Notes under the pieces: generated by a model | What the model was told of the DNA's origin: nothing | Database searches by the model: none | The model's input: only the letters and a program-made list of their open reading frames with translations | NCBI GenBank assembly: GCA_964415025.1 | Contig: CAYPXF010000005.1 | Coordinates: forward strand, 1,484 to 65,483 | Length of the DNA stretch: 64,000 bases | Direction of reading: 5' to 3' | Origin: an uncultured Gammaproteobacteria bacterium | GTDB taxonomy: Bacteria > Patescibacteriota > Patescibacteriia > UBA10025 > JAHIVO01 | In this document: positions 20,801 to 26,741 of the stretch, one piece after another | Position numbering within the stretch: position 1 is the first letter of the stretch | How the letters are laid out: each line of letters starts with the position of its first letter | Translations under genes and position numbers: made by a program

Positions 20801-21490
20801 ACTACCCGGGGGCCTTGTGTATATAACCCATTAATAAATAGGTTTGGATTTGGCTCATACAGTTTGACAACTGATGCGAGCCGGATATTTTTCCACTTTG
20901 GTCCGTATGATTCGGACTATAGCACCATACCTGAACAGGCAGAAATTCTGGAATCTCATGTTGTCGTGAGCCCGTATTCAGGTGGAGATGCCGGATTCCA
21001 GGCGCGGCAGGGTTTGCTAGACTCGGCCATAGCCGATTTTGCGGGCTTTACTGATAATCCGTATGAATTGACGATGTCACCGGAAGTATCTGAAATCGCT
21101 GAAGAAATAACAGATTCATGGGACAGTTTGAGCATCTTTTCATTTGCTGACACCAGCCGGCTGATCCAGGCCTGGGTAGATTTAGAAGACTATACCGCCG
21201 GTGATGATATTGGCATCAGACTGCGCAAAGGCAGAAATGAGCAGATCTATGAAAATGAAGCCAGCAGGACTATACAGACCGGGCAGTCACGGCTCGAAGT
21301 CGACTATCTGACCCCGTTGCGTGTGTCAGGATTGTTCGTGGCGCGCGGCTATAGCTTTGACCGGAAGTATACTAAGGACCTTGCTGCCAGTGAGCAGATC
21401 TTGTATGATGGGAGAGTAGTGGCCAATACGCCGCCCGGCTTGTCAGACTTTACACGGGCGCTTCCGGTATACGCGCGAGTAACACCGTAA
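11801..21490 (+). CDS. giant membrane-anchored mosaic surface protein (~3229 aa): FN3-like domains, FDG/YDGTYLW beta-propeller, seven tandem ~45-aa PH[IV].W repeats, C-terminal triplicated DNRLRE-like/carbohydrate-binding-like domains
   Basis: single 9.7-kb ORF; ATG at 11801 is 6 nt after paralog C stop (the ORF track opens it at an overlapping TTG at 11780); N-terminal TM (IVFALLSIASLIVVIGLLYIVMAG); many Cys-rich and Asp-rich segments. Confidence 0.8.
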   Translation: MDQSIRHNNTFSKIVFALLSIASLIVVIGLLYIVMAGQTQDATETDPETVLDPALAQEVRNYEIVDNGDGTHSALYGVGPIQYLTNNPGEYAAIDSTIVESAREGVAYENTTNVINTFFGSDVTDPNFISYQIPGERGVGFTFPDAQQSAWAVAENVATYPELYPGMDARYTIQNDVMLEELIVDNKEDASNFHRLDQQVTLHDVYFREQDDGSITFHDADTRHAVFVIPRPVLYEDGDTLRQNANYGLHFEISRTDTDTYLISKVIDDGGKEWLEKADYPIIIDNTYIGGFNAAVGSTKRYKRIGGASWSWSIMMDSGIYGYPFITTGKYTNGCSLGNSSCIQHEYHGHYTFHTYDVGAPYTQDQVVGARFQVSMVRSDDDGEYLAPVNVYSGANAWDPNKSFSESFTAAEIEDRWNALTSMHQEVDIDTAGLPTYTNRGMCYPGSSPEQCRRVVDIDLNSIGMTSSQDHTQIMLDAPSASYLNCGGSSCNDFHGVISWRPVSSTDMPYPKLEVIYYPDPTIRVDPMAIPEGEKKMEIQIDDDFTDDSSYKLERSFDGSGGPWTEVCSNIATGASGTCQSGITYDCTGITEAGTSGYCTVTDDISVSGGGPRYSDKHTWYRARVVGTSGYVSDYSPVAHDYTFAYPYPEAPPNSDSSESWDKIKIWAPGSGNEYSNQGSFLTIDPEPTKYCMATYTPSMLGWYNPPTNDWRYHHHSSAAYSDVWNEYSEGTYDGRDYINNNDGDNLACKTMAQWIYFGGYPYYSIGEVEDSYRLRPNTYYAFSFLSQNTRDGTVNSPIVMPEYAQTRARVPSKPIQNNGITTQNALGLALDSTPQYAPTEYVNDPNGNTTYAMYVEELNRYFNSDTGTLSSSAVWRRESDWGGAGGIAYGGFAPGTCYSIKAKSRNGASIEGETPARIWSDTGQYCTKMAVPSLSVACQYTDADDDYNCDITLDANGNPAGTEYKFEYCLPESGSNCSAGSGDWQEILIGGKEWNSYNHGDSINVSENTPGYSFLNCEDANMKQMFRGYARRNSSSPSTDPSPAAEDTLPPCQPWSLGHANNPQYSKIQWQWWAPIAADYTGNPVHHYNVYEPTYLARHCDAGNASDLYCDNPFDVQIDDSCSGPFCLFSYTQEQYQRIPKFDNNTQYSTKVRAADSRGRSGRPSAEAWAYTAIETPTGITFDDVQTDTIALNGDGTFSNFSIGSTGLQFQETTSHNGGGADSGELGFTPSGWLSNGQSTTDKGLDQNTKYCYQVRARNAEGHLSGPGDITGFVPASAECRYTLAGTPNMPILERIDGETINITVRDTDDNPHGSPTDNGGETQYALCITKFDDDNVVEFEKYVRPDGTIDYAGVDCASGNGTGYWQSYDGWGNTAGVTIGSLEASARYDFKFKARNGDHIENGADSSGCTANETCIETTFGPEATLFLVKNNVVGWAWSSNSGWISLNCLNQFYAGDQYSCDSADDWGLNTDFVEGRDVNPIEGYAWSASGRAIDKVWTGSNILVDYALPSRVQHSARAGSFIWATAGDALLRIDAASGVEYTCVGSAELSNDWERCTFGDDLRDIVYDGTYLWVSSYNDSIIYQVNPVDGTVAAVDSGSIQLQGLTTTPQGITYDGTYLWVTDPTNDRVLQVDPAAGSEVDQIDVGDQPQYPYYDGKYIWVANAGETHSGQVSRISVADNTVTSIDLSNDNAYDISSDNEHIWISHANTEVITIISPDGSDQATINTDGADSRGIAYADGYIWAADQDADTIYQIDIVSRDVVAEHEVGGNYDPLHMSIDDAYIWASTDDGEVGGQYIALQRLETGVSPDKVGLGWLTYSRGVCSDNAQKPCDPDRNTCGGTATCEPAAGLPPDSTAYGYCYTDGTPDERYGLCSVNTGAVCTDSIACPDPEETCIYHTCQTGDTCPDYGSGTEVCVAMATTNFDGLTREVRGYGRSLTMAQRGAALGFDDWGWISMDGTYTDEADAVARYGVTATDVDSQLFLGDPDVNPDDVILYSLFGWGWNAEVSDFGPVSTWLNPLNVSNTKKVNHSAGWPVTESSIAIDSTGNPHIAWSQFNENSGFNDIYHVRLIGGQWQMMDGSVYQPGVSEPIVSTVTNSGMPSLAVDSSNIPHLVWQEQEGTEADISGGELQYSTWNSETNTWTAMQQIETSGPSCGGASLVIDEANRPHVAYRVHSYDDSEIYYRYFNGSDWVTASGDTGTTDINVSNTGSPHSYQPRLVLSDETTQRPHIVWREQVGAEYHIYYRHWDGNDWVTASGNTGDTDVSVNGDLGTVLGISIEGANPDIVLYADNRPGIIWRDPGMVLYRQWNGSAWVDANPDDGDTDDDIWINIHEGSDVEHLAHSGKTPRVAIDSDDQPHVVWGDYPSGGDSSGDIRYRWWNASAEAGNGAWVTSSGDYTVSGSHFDDDSLTIHESPNIGSTLPDFTMDALGNPHVIWQDVRYKLNDDAAECAANGDINCICSSHADCGDPDYPFCMTRSPDKYCGAADVKYAGWLPGRVRSGIGWVEFMPVGALIGVPWVQTLYSDIYAQENIGLAPPPRGTGTYTATYLILANGDIQGIPSYYTSSQTGEPTSGYYEPGLESLIEDAGYPVGRDALSQIDVDNLIAANDENNAYGNLVHNYDNSGSSSVNISPDLTSGPLNGEVFYFHDADNGLYQVNDIIRFNKGESQINQTAGHGLVIIDGDLEINSPIYYEKRCNGLAGETICTTNNECDSGEVCRAVELDDVSEMPSVAFIVRGNIYVNSQVNELAGVYVALDPDTTDEVDKGIIYTSRKAPITQTIIASEDDTSVDSAYTNSSSADTVSFGQNSSIAQRGFLRWQLNVPAGAEIRNAYLRLYGDGNGNATDFRARIYLLDTANAEQVSNDFTANPNQSLFDADTSNSVSYDINEDTWDTGGWNTSPDISALVQKFVNEPTYESGNYIGIELREEAGVDGWRGFEAYDAVAANYAELVVEYSPRRTVYSLADIDGDDAPDEQSDYAAWGTGSGTCDQNDDDTTRGPCVYNPLINRFGFGSYSLTTDASRIFFHFGPYDSDYSTIPEQAEILESHVVVSPYSGGDAGFQARQGLLDSAIADFAGFTDNPYELTMSPEVSEIAEEITDSWDSLSIFSFADTSRLIQAWVDLEDYTAGDDIGIRLRKGRNEQIYENEASRTIQTGQSRLEVDYLTPLRVSGLFVARGYSFDRKYTKDLAASEQILYDGRVVANTPPGLSDFTRALPVYARVTP

Positions 21491-21656
21491 GACGGAAATC
21501 CTAAACTCTAAATCCGAAACAAGCACAAATTTATAAATTACGAATCAAAAACTGTTTTAAGTATTAGGATTTAGCAATTTCCACCAAAGGAGGATCAGCC
21601 TGTGGCTGAAGAATTTGTTTCGTGCTCCGAGATTAGAATTTCGATATTAAAACGTT

Positions 21657-22811
21657 ATGGCAAAACCAACAAGTTATCTGGGTGTTGATCTAGGAGGATC
21701 CAGCCTAAAAATCGTCGAGCTCAAAAGCGTCAATAACAGACCGCAGCTGGTTACCTATGGTCTGATAGACGAGACATATAATATTATCAAGGATGACAGC
21801 GCGTCAGCCCGCGCCGAAGTAGCCCGGCATTTGAAAGAGCTGACGAAGAGTTCGCGTGTTTCGACTGATAAAGTGGTTTCAGCATTACCGAGCTATAGCG
21901 TCTTCAGCTCTATCATCAGCCTGCCGGCCATGAGCAAAAAAGAGTTGATATCAGCAGTGCGCTGGGAAGCCAAGAAATTCGTGCCTATTCCACTCGAAGA
22001 AATGATCCTGGATTGGGAAGTGCTGGAACAGGGAGAATCAGCGGAAGACACGCGCGGAGAACAAGCCGCCGAAGACGCGCACGATGACGAAGCAGAGGAA
22101 AAAGCCGCAGAAGAAGATTCAGACAAAGATCAAAAAAAGAAAAAACCATCAATGTCATCCGGTGACAAGAAATCGATAAAAGTGTTACTAACTGCCGCAC
22201 CAAAAAATTTAGTAAACCGCTATGTTGAGGTGTTTAAGCAAGTAGACCTCCAGCTGGTCGGATTAGAGACTGAATCGTTTGCCCTGGAGCGATGCCTAAT
22301 AGGCAATGATTCTTCTCCTATCATGATTATTGATATCGGCAACAACGCTACAAGTATTATAATATTCAGCGGCGGTGTTCCAATTCTGAATCGCAGTATT
22401 GATGTTGGAGGTGCCAGTATTTCTAATAAGCTCGTAGAAGTAATGGGGCTAAACCAGGAGCAGGCAGAGCAATATAAACGTGATATGGGCACTAGCATGG
22501 CCGGTCAAAAAATCAGCGATTTACCACAGCCTGTTGCCCATGTTGTTAATTCAGTGATTAATGAAATCCGCTATATATTGAATATTTATCAAAACCAAAA
22601 CCGCCAGCATATTAAAAAAATTATTTTAACCGGCGGGTCGGCATTTTTAGCTAACCTTACAGAAAATATAGAAGATGTGTTTAATATAAAGTCATTTGTC
22701 GGTGATCCATGGGCCAGGGTAGTGCATCCAGTGGAAATTGACGGATTGCTAAAGGGCCTAGGACCGAGAATGTCTGTCAGTATTGGCCTAGCCATGAGAG
22801 AAATCAGCTAA
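21657..22811 (+). CDS. pilM: type IV pilus assembly ATPase-fold protein PilM
   Basis: 384 aa; N-terminus MAKPTSYLGVDLGGSSLKIVEL (actin-like PilM/FtsA fold) with an acidic low-complexity insertion. Confidence 0.8.
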   Translation: MAKPTSYLGVDLGGSSLKIVELKSVNNRPQLVTYGLIDETYNIIKDDSASARAEVARHLKELTKSSRVSTDKVVSALPSYSVFSSIISLPAMSKKELISAVRWEAKKFVPIPLEEMILDWEVLEQGESAEDTRGEQAAEDAHDDEAEEKAAEEDSDKDQKKKKPSMSSGDKKSIKVLLTAAPKNLVNRYVEVFKQVDLQLVGLETESFALERCLIGNDSSPIMIIDIGNNATSIIIFSGGVPILNRSIDVGGASISNKLVEVMGLNQEQAEQYKRDMGTSMAGQKISDLPQPVAHVVNSVINEIRYILNIYQNQNRQHIKKIILTGGSAFLANLTENIEDVFNIKSFVGDPWARVVHPVEIDGLLKGLGPRMSVSIGLAMREIS

Positions 22812-22846
22812 ATATTGACAAAATAGTAAATATATACCATAAAAAG

Positions 22847-22870
22847 AGTTTGCATGCGCAAACTTTTTTT
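22847..22870 (+). terminator. rho-independent terminator after pilM
   Basis: AGTTTGC-atgc-GCAAACT hairpin followed by TTTTTTT. Confidence 0.6.
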
Positions 22871-22915
22871 AGTTTACGAATACAATTAAAGTAAGGATAA
22901 AAAACTTAAAAAACC

Positions 22916-22944
22916 TTGACTTTGGCTAAAAAATATGCTAAAAT
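22916..22944 (+). promoter_or_regulatory. sigma70-like promoter for the pilN operon (TTGACT-17 nt-TAAAAT)
   Basis: near-consensus -35/-10 hexamers with 17-nt spacer, 160 nt upstream of the pilN ATG. Confidence 0.55.
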
Positions 22945-23046
22945 ATAGATATATTGCTCAAATATTGGCATAATGCTTGGCATATGTATGACCAAGGATT
23001 GTACTATATATAAAACAAAAATTATCCCGAATTAGCTAAAAATCAC

Positions 23047-23062
23047 CACAAATATATTTGTG
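23047..23062. promoter_or_regulatory. perfect 16-bp palindrome CACAAATATATTTGTG in the pilN 5' UTR (candidate operator)
   Basis: exact dyad symmetry 42 nt upstream of the pilN start. Confidence 0.35.
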
Positions 23063-23103
23063 ATTAATCAAATATAATTCGTGGAAAAAACAAAAATTAG
23101 GTT

Positions 23104-24975
23104 ATGTCAATTAACCTGCTTCCTGAACAGGAAAAATCAAAAATAAAACCTACCAATAAGGCGTCAGTTACCCAAATAGAGATGACCGGACCGCGCCAAG
23201 GAGGAAACAAAAAACCGGCTGCTAAAGAGTCAGGTGTTTTGACATTTTTTAAACAGGCGTTTACTAAGCCAGGTGCACCGCAAACGGATGAAAAAAAGTT
23301 TCCGGAAAAAAAGGTCAGGATTATGGAACGTCCTGCCAAAAAAGCGGCCCATAAGCCAGAAACACAAAAGCAACCAGAACAAAATAAAAAGGTAGTCTAT
23401 ATTAAGCCGAGCGACGAAGGCATGCAGGCAGATAAAAGCAAAGGCATACTGGAAAAAGTATTAGACTTTTTCCGGAGTTTGTTTTCCGCAGGGACACCCC
23501 GCAATCAGCCTGCTGAGAAATCAGCCGCAGTCCCGGAGCCAAAAGAGGAATTCCCAACATATAAACCAATCACAACCAAACAAGTATCTGACAGCAATCA
23601 TGTCGATACTTCACAAGATAAGATAATCGAAGTAACAACTTCATATCAATCTGACGATGAGCAGGCAGCCAAGCCGGCGGCAGTTCCAGCTGACGTGCGC
23701 GAGGAAATGCCAGGCGCGCAACCGATAGTACGGCCGACGCGCACAAGCACACCAGCGCAGCCGATCCAGCAGCCGGAGGATAAGCATGAAAAAGAAACAA
23801 TAGAATTAGAGCGTACCGACCAGCCAGTTCCACGGGACAGACAATACACCGATCAGCAATCCAAAACCGTAGCAGAAAAAAAACCTGACACAGACAGACA
23901 AAACGCACTGATACGCTGGCTGCAGGGCGTGCTGCAGACTATTAAGAATCTATTTACCCGGGAGAAAAAGCCGGTGTCCTCCCCACCGCCGACAGAGCGA
24001 GGACGGGAAGCTGATAGCGACCAGCTGCCGAAGATCAGCCTAGAAAAAAGCACTGAAAATATTCACATTCCCGAAGCAGCCGATCGGAAAACAGCCTTAG
24101 ATGATTTACCGCCCCCTCCATCGCCTCCTGCAGAGGATACATCAGAGGCGGCAGCCGCAACACCTGCCGCGGAACTACAAAAAAAATCAGTACCCGACGA
24201 CATCGATCCGTCACCGGCTCCTGTTTTAGAAAGCGAAATAGATGCCGCGCCCCAGCCGACTGAGCTATCACGGCCTGCGGCGAGTATAAAACCCGGGAAG
24301 CACCCGCCGAAAAAAGAAAAAAAAGACAATGAGATAGCAATGACCAGTCCCCAGGAGCAGGAAGTGAAGCCAGCACTGCAGTGGGAGGTTAATCTCATCC
24401 CCGAGGATGCGGTCGAGGTGCGCATACCGGTGAGCCGTTATTTATATCTGGCGCTGGTCGGTATTGTCTGCGCCGGGCTGGTATTCGGCGGGTGGATAGC
24501 CGCCAACTGGTATTACAACAACATCACCACTGATATCAGTGAAGTTAATACACAGATTTCATCAGTAGAAATTCAGATAAATCAAAAAAAGAACGTTGTT
24601 GAACAGGTCCAGTACATAAACCAGCAGGCAGAACATGTCGCCAGCCTGATAGACGAACACGTGTACTGGTCGCCGTTGTTTACAAAAATCGAAAGCTATG
24701 TTGCGCCAGAGGTGTATTTCACCAGCATGAACGCCGATGTTAATGGCGTGGTTACCCTGACTGCTGTCGGTGAAAATTATGAGGCCGCTGTCAAACAGCT
24801 CTATGTGCTGGAACGCGCTGCTGACTTTGTCCAGCAGGCCAGTGTCGAGAATATATCCTTTGTCAGCGAGGGCGCTGCTATGGATACAGAAACGCAAGCA
24901 TCGGTTATTGTCGACCGTCCCGTCAATTTTTCGATCAAGCTAACAGTCGATCCGTTACTTTTTTCCCATCAATAA
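23104..24975 (+). CDS. pilN: PilN-like pilus assembly protein with ~430-aa Pro/Lys/Glu-rich disordered insertion
   Basis: 623 aa; N-terminal MSINLLPEQEK (the conserved PilN INLLP PilM-binding motif); long low-complexity region; single TM (YLYLALVGIVCAGLVFGGWIAANWYY); ~170-aa C-terminal periplasmic domain. Confidence 0.7.
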   Translation: MSINLLPEQEKSKIKPTNKASVTQIEMTGPRQGGNKKPAAKESGVLTFFKQAFTKPGAPQTDEKKFPEKKVRIMERPAKKAAHKPETQKQPEQNKKVVYIKPSDEGMQADKSKGILEKVLDFFRSLFSAGTPRNQPAEKSAAVPEPKEEFPTYKPITTKQVSDSNHVDTSQDKIIEVTTSYQSDDEQAAKPAAVPADVREEMPGAQPIVRPTRTSTPAQPIQQPEDKHEKETIELERTDQPVPRDRQYTDQQSKTVAEKKPDTDRQNALIRWLQGVLQTIKNLFTREKKPVSSPPPTERGREADSDQLPKISLEKSTENIHIPEAADRKTALDDLPPPPSPPAEDTSEAAAATPAAELQKKSVPDDIDPSPAPVLESEIDAAPQPTELSRPAASIKPGKHPPKKEKKDNEIAMTSPQEQEVKPALQWEVNLIPEDAVEVRIPVSRYLYLALVGIVCAGLVFGGWIAANWYYNNITTDISEVNTQISSVEIQINQKKNVVEQVQYINQQAEHVASLIDEHVYWSPLFTKIESYVAPEVYFTSMNADVNGVVTLTAVGENYEAAVKQLYVLERAADFVQQASVENISFVSEGAAMDTETQASVIVDRPVNFSIKLTVDPLLFSHQ

Positions 24976-24976
24976 T

Positions 24977-25561
24977 ATGAAATTCGCTTCCGTAAAAACA
25001 AGCATTTCACTGTTCTTCAATAAATACTTTATTGCGGTATTGATTGGCGTCGGGATATTAGTCCTGGCCGCTGGGTATTTTATCTTTATCAGTGGGATCA
25101 TGGCAGATATCCAGCAGGCCGGCTCAAGCGATTTGGAGGGGCGGCATCAGGTCTTGAACGCCAAACAGCGGACACTGCGCAAGCTCGAATCTCTGGAACA
25201 GCGGCATAAGCAGGTGACCGCGGCAGAAGTGGAACGCCTGGAAAAATTTCTCCCCATGGAAGACGATATTCCGCTGGTGATGATAGAGATAAAGGAATTT
25301 ATCGAACAAAATGATCTAACAGTCGCCTCGCTCGAAAGCGGTCCGCTGATCACCGGCAGCGACAGCGTAGCGGCCGAGGCGGATCAGGGCATCCAGGCGC
25401 TGAATATTACGGTTGCTATCAGCGGCATTGACAGCTATGTCAAGCTAAAAGATTTTCTGGATCAGATGAGCACGACGCTGCCGATCCTGGAGCTGAAGTC
25501 ATTAGCATATGTTCCGGGTACTGATACCTACAGCCTCAACCTGACAACCTATTACCAATAA
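24977..25561 (+). CDS. pilO: PilO-like pilus assembly protein
   Basis: 194 aa; N-terminal TM, coiled-coil, then alpha/beta domain; positioned after pilN. Confidence 0.6.
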   Translation: MKFASVKTSISLFFNKYFIAVLIGVGILVLAAGYFIFISGIMADIQQAGSSDLEGRHQVLNAKQRTLRKLESLEQRHKQVTAAEVERLEKFLPMEDDIPLVMIEIKEFIEQNDLTVASLESGPLITGSDSVAAEADQGIQALNITVAISGIDSYVKLKDFLDQMSTTLPILELKSLAYVPGTDTYSLNLTTYYQ

Positions 25562-25568
25562 GCGCAGT

Positions 25569-26735
25569 ATGGCCACAATAGATAAAAACAAAAAATTCTC
25601 CAAACGAACCATTATACTATTGGCAGTGTTCAGCGTTCTCCTGGTCGGCGGCGGATATTATGCGTATACGGTACTGTTTGCCGCTGGTGATACGGAGGAT
25701 TTATTATTGTCAGACGGAGCAATAGTAGCGGAACAACGCGTGGTCGTGCCAGAGTTTGAAGGGGACTTACTGACCAATAAGCAGTTTTTACAGTTTCAGA
25801 AAAAAACACCGTCCCAGTTCAGCGAACAGCTGGATGTCACTGTCAGGCCAGCAGACGCTGTAACCGCGCCAGGCGTTATCACGGTGCATAATTCTGGATA
25901 TGGCGATGCGCTCTTTGTTTCATGGACTGCTCCGGCAACAGCGGCTGACGCATATATCGTCTACCGTTCCCAAAACGCTAACGGCGGCTATGCTCCGCGT
26001 GCCATGGTCACCGGAGAGGAAACGGGATATGTAGACACGGCAGTCCAGCCAGGCAATACGTATTACTATACAGTCCGGTCAGTGCGCTCTGAAGAAATGA
26101 ATCGAGTCAGCGGCGTCACCAGCGCATCATCACCGCAAACAGGCATTCAGGTATCTGCCAATCAGGATGAGGCCGCGCGAATCAGCGTTGATGATTCGCC
26201 AGAGATTGATGCCCGGGTAGTACTGCGGCTGCGCGATGGACAAGAAAAACTGGTGGCAGTGATGACAGAAGGTCAGCGGACTGCCTATGACACTGGCGGG
26301 CAAACGTCAGACTCGTATACGGTTATTTTCTATTCTATGTTTTCCATGTCACAGGCGGCTGCCAGTGCCAGCCAGACGGTTACGGATACTGTCTTGCCAG
26401 ATCCGCCGACTGATATCCGGGTGGCAGTGGATGAGGCGGGCGAAAGCGTGCTCATAACATGGCGCAATCCAGACAGCCCGGACTTTAGTTATATTCGTAT
26501 CTACCGCTCTACGGCAAAAGGGTCGCTCGGTACGCTGATCAATCCGGAATCGTATAATTTCATCGGATTGTACGACCGGGAAAACGATTACTATTATTAC
26601 CAGGATACAAATGTTGAGCAGAACGTGGTTTACTATTATACTGTAACCAGTGTTGATAAGGCGGGTAACCAATCCAGCACCGATCTGCTGACAGTGCCGT
26701 ACCGCGCTAATCCGTTTGAACCAATTGTTTTTTAG
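25569..26735 (+). CDS. membrane-anchored protein with two fibronectin type III-like domains (T4P-associated, PilP/PilQ position)
   Basis: 388 aa; N-terminal TM; two FN3-like segments (…WTAPATAADAYIVYRS…YYYTVRSV and …ITWRNPDSPDFSYIRIYRS…YYYTVTSVDKAGNQS). Confidence 0.6.
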   Translation: MATIDKNKKFSKRTIILLAVFSVLLVGGGYYAYTVLFAAGDTEDLLLSDGAIVAEQRVVVPEFEGDLLTNKQFLQFQKKTPSQFSEQLDVTVRPADAVTAPGVITVHNSGYGDALFVSWTAPATAADAYIVYRSQNANGGYAPRAMVTGEETGYVDTAVQPGNTYYYTVRSVRSEEMNRVSGVTSASSPQTGIQVSANQDEAARISVDDSPEIDARVVLRLRDGQEKLVAVMTEGQRTAYDTGGQTSDSYTVIFYSMFSMSQAAASASQTVTDTVLPDPPTDIRVAVDEAGESVLITWRNPDSPDFSYIRIYRSTAKGSLGTLINPESYNFIGLYDRENDYYYYQDTNVEQNVVYYYTVTSVDKAGNQSSTDLLTVPYRANPFEPIVF

Positions 26736-26741
26736 GGTACT

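Noticed and set aside
2587-21490. Numerous 60-220-aa ORFs on either strand inside the giant genes (for example 6808-7362, 7647-8213, 15159-15818, 15284-15775, 16983-17303)
   Set aside because: They are embedded in long, repeat-rich sense ORFs with coherent domain structure. They have no start context of their own. They are frame artefacts of Gly/Asp-rich coding DNA.
23570-24425. Several 100-120-aa minus-strand ORFs inside pilN
   Set aside because: They lie antisense to the Pro/Ala/Glu-rich low-complexity region of pilN, where biased composition creates long open frames. They have no independent signals.
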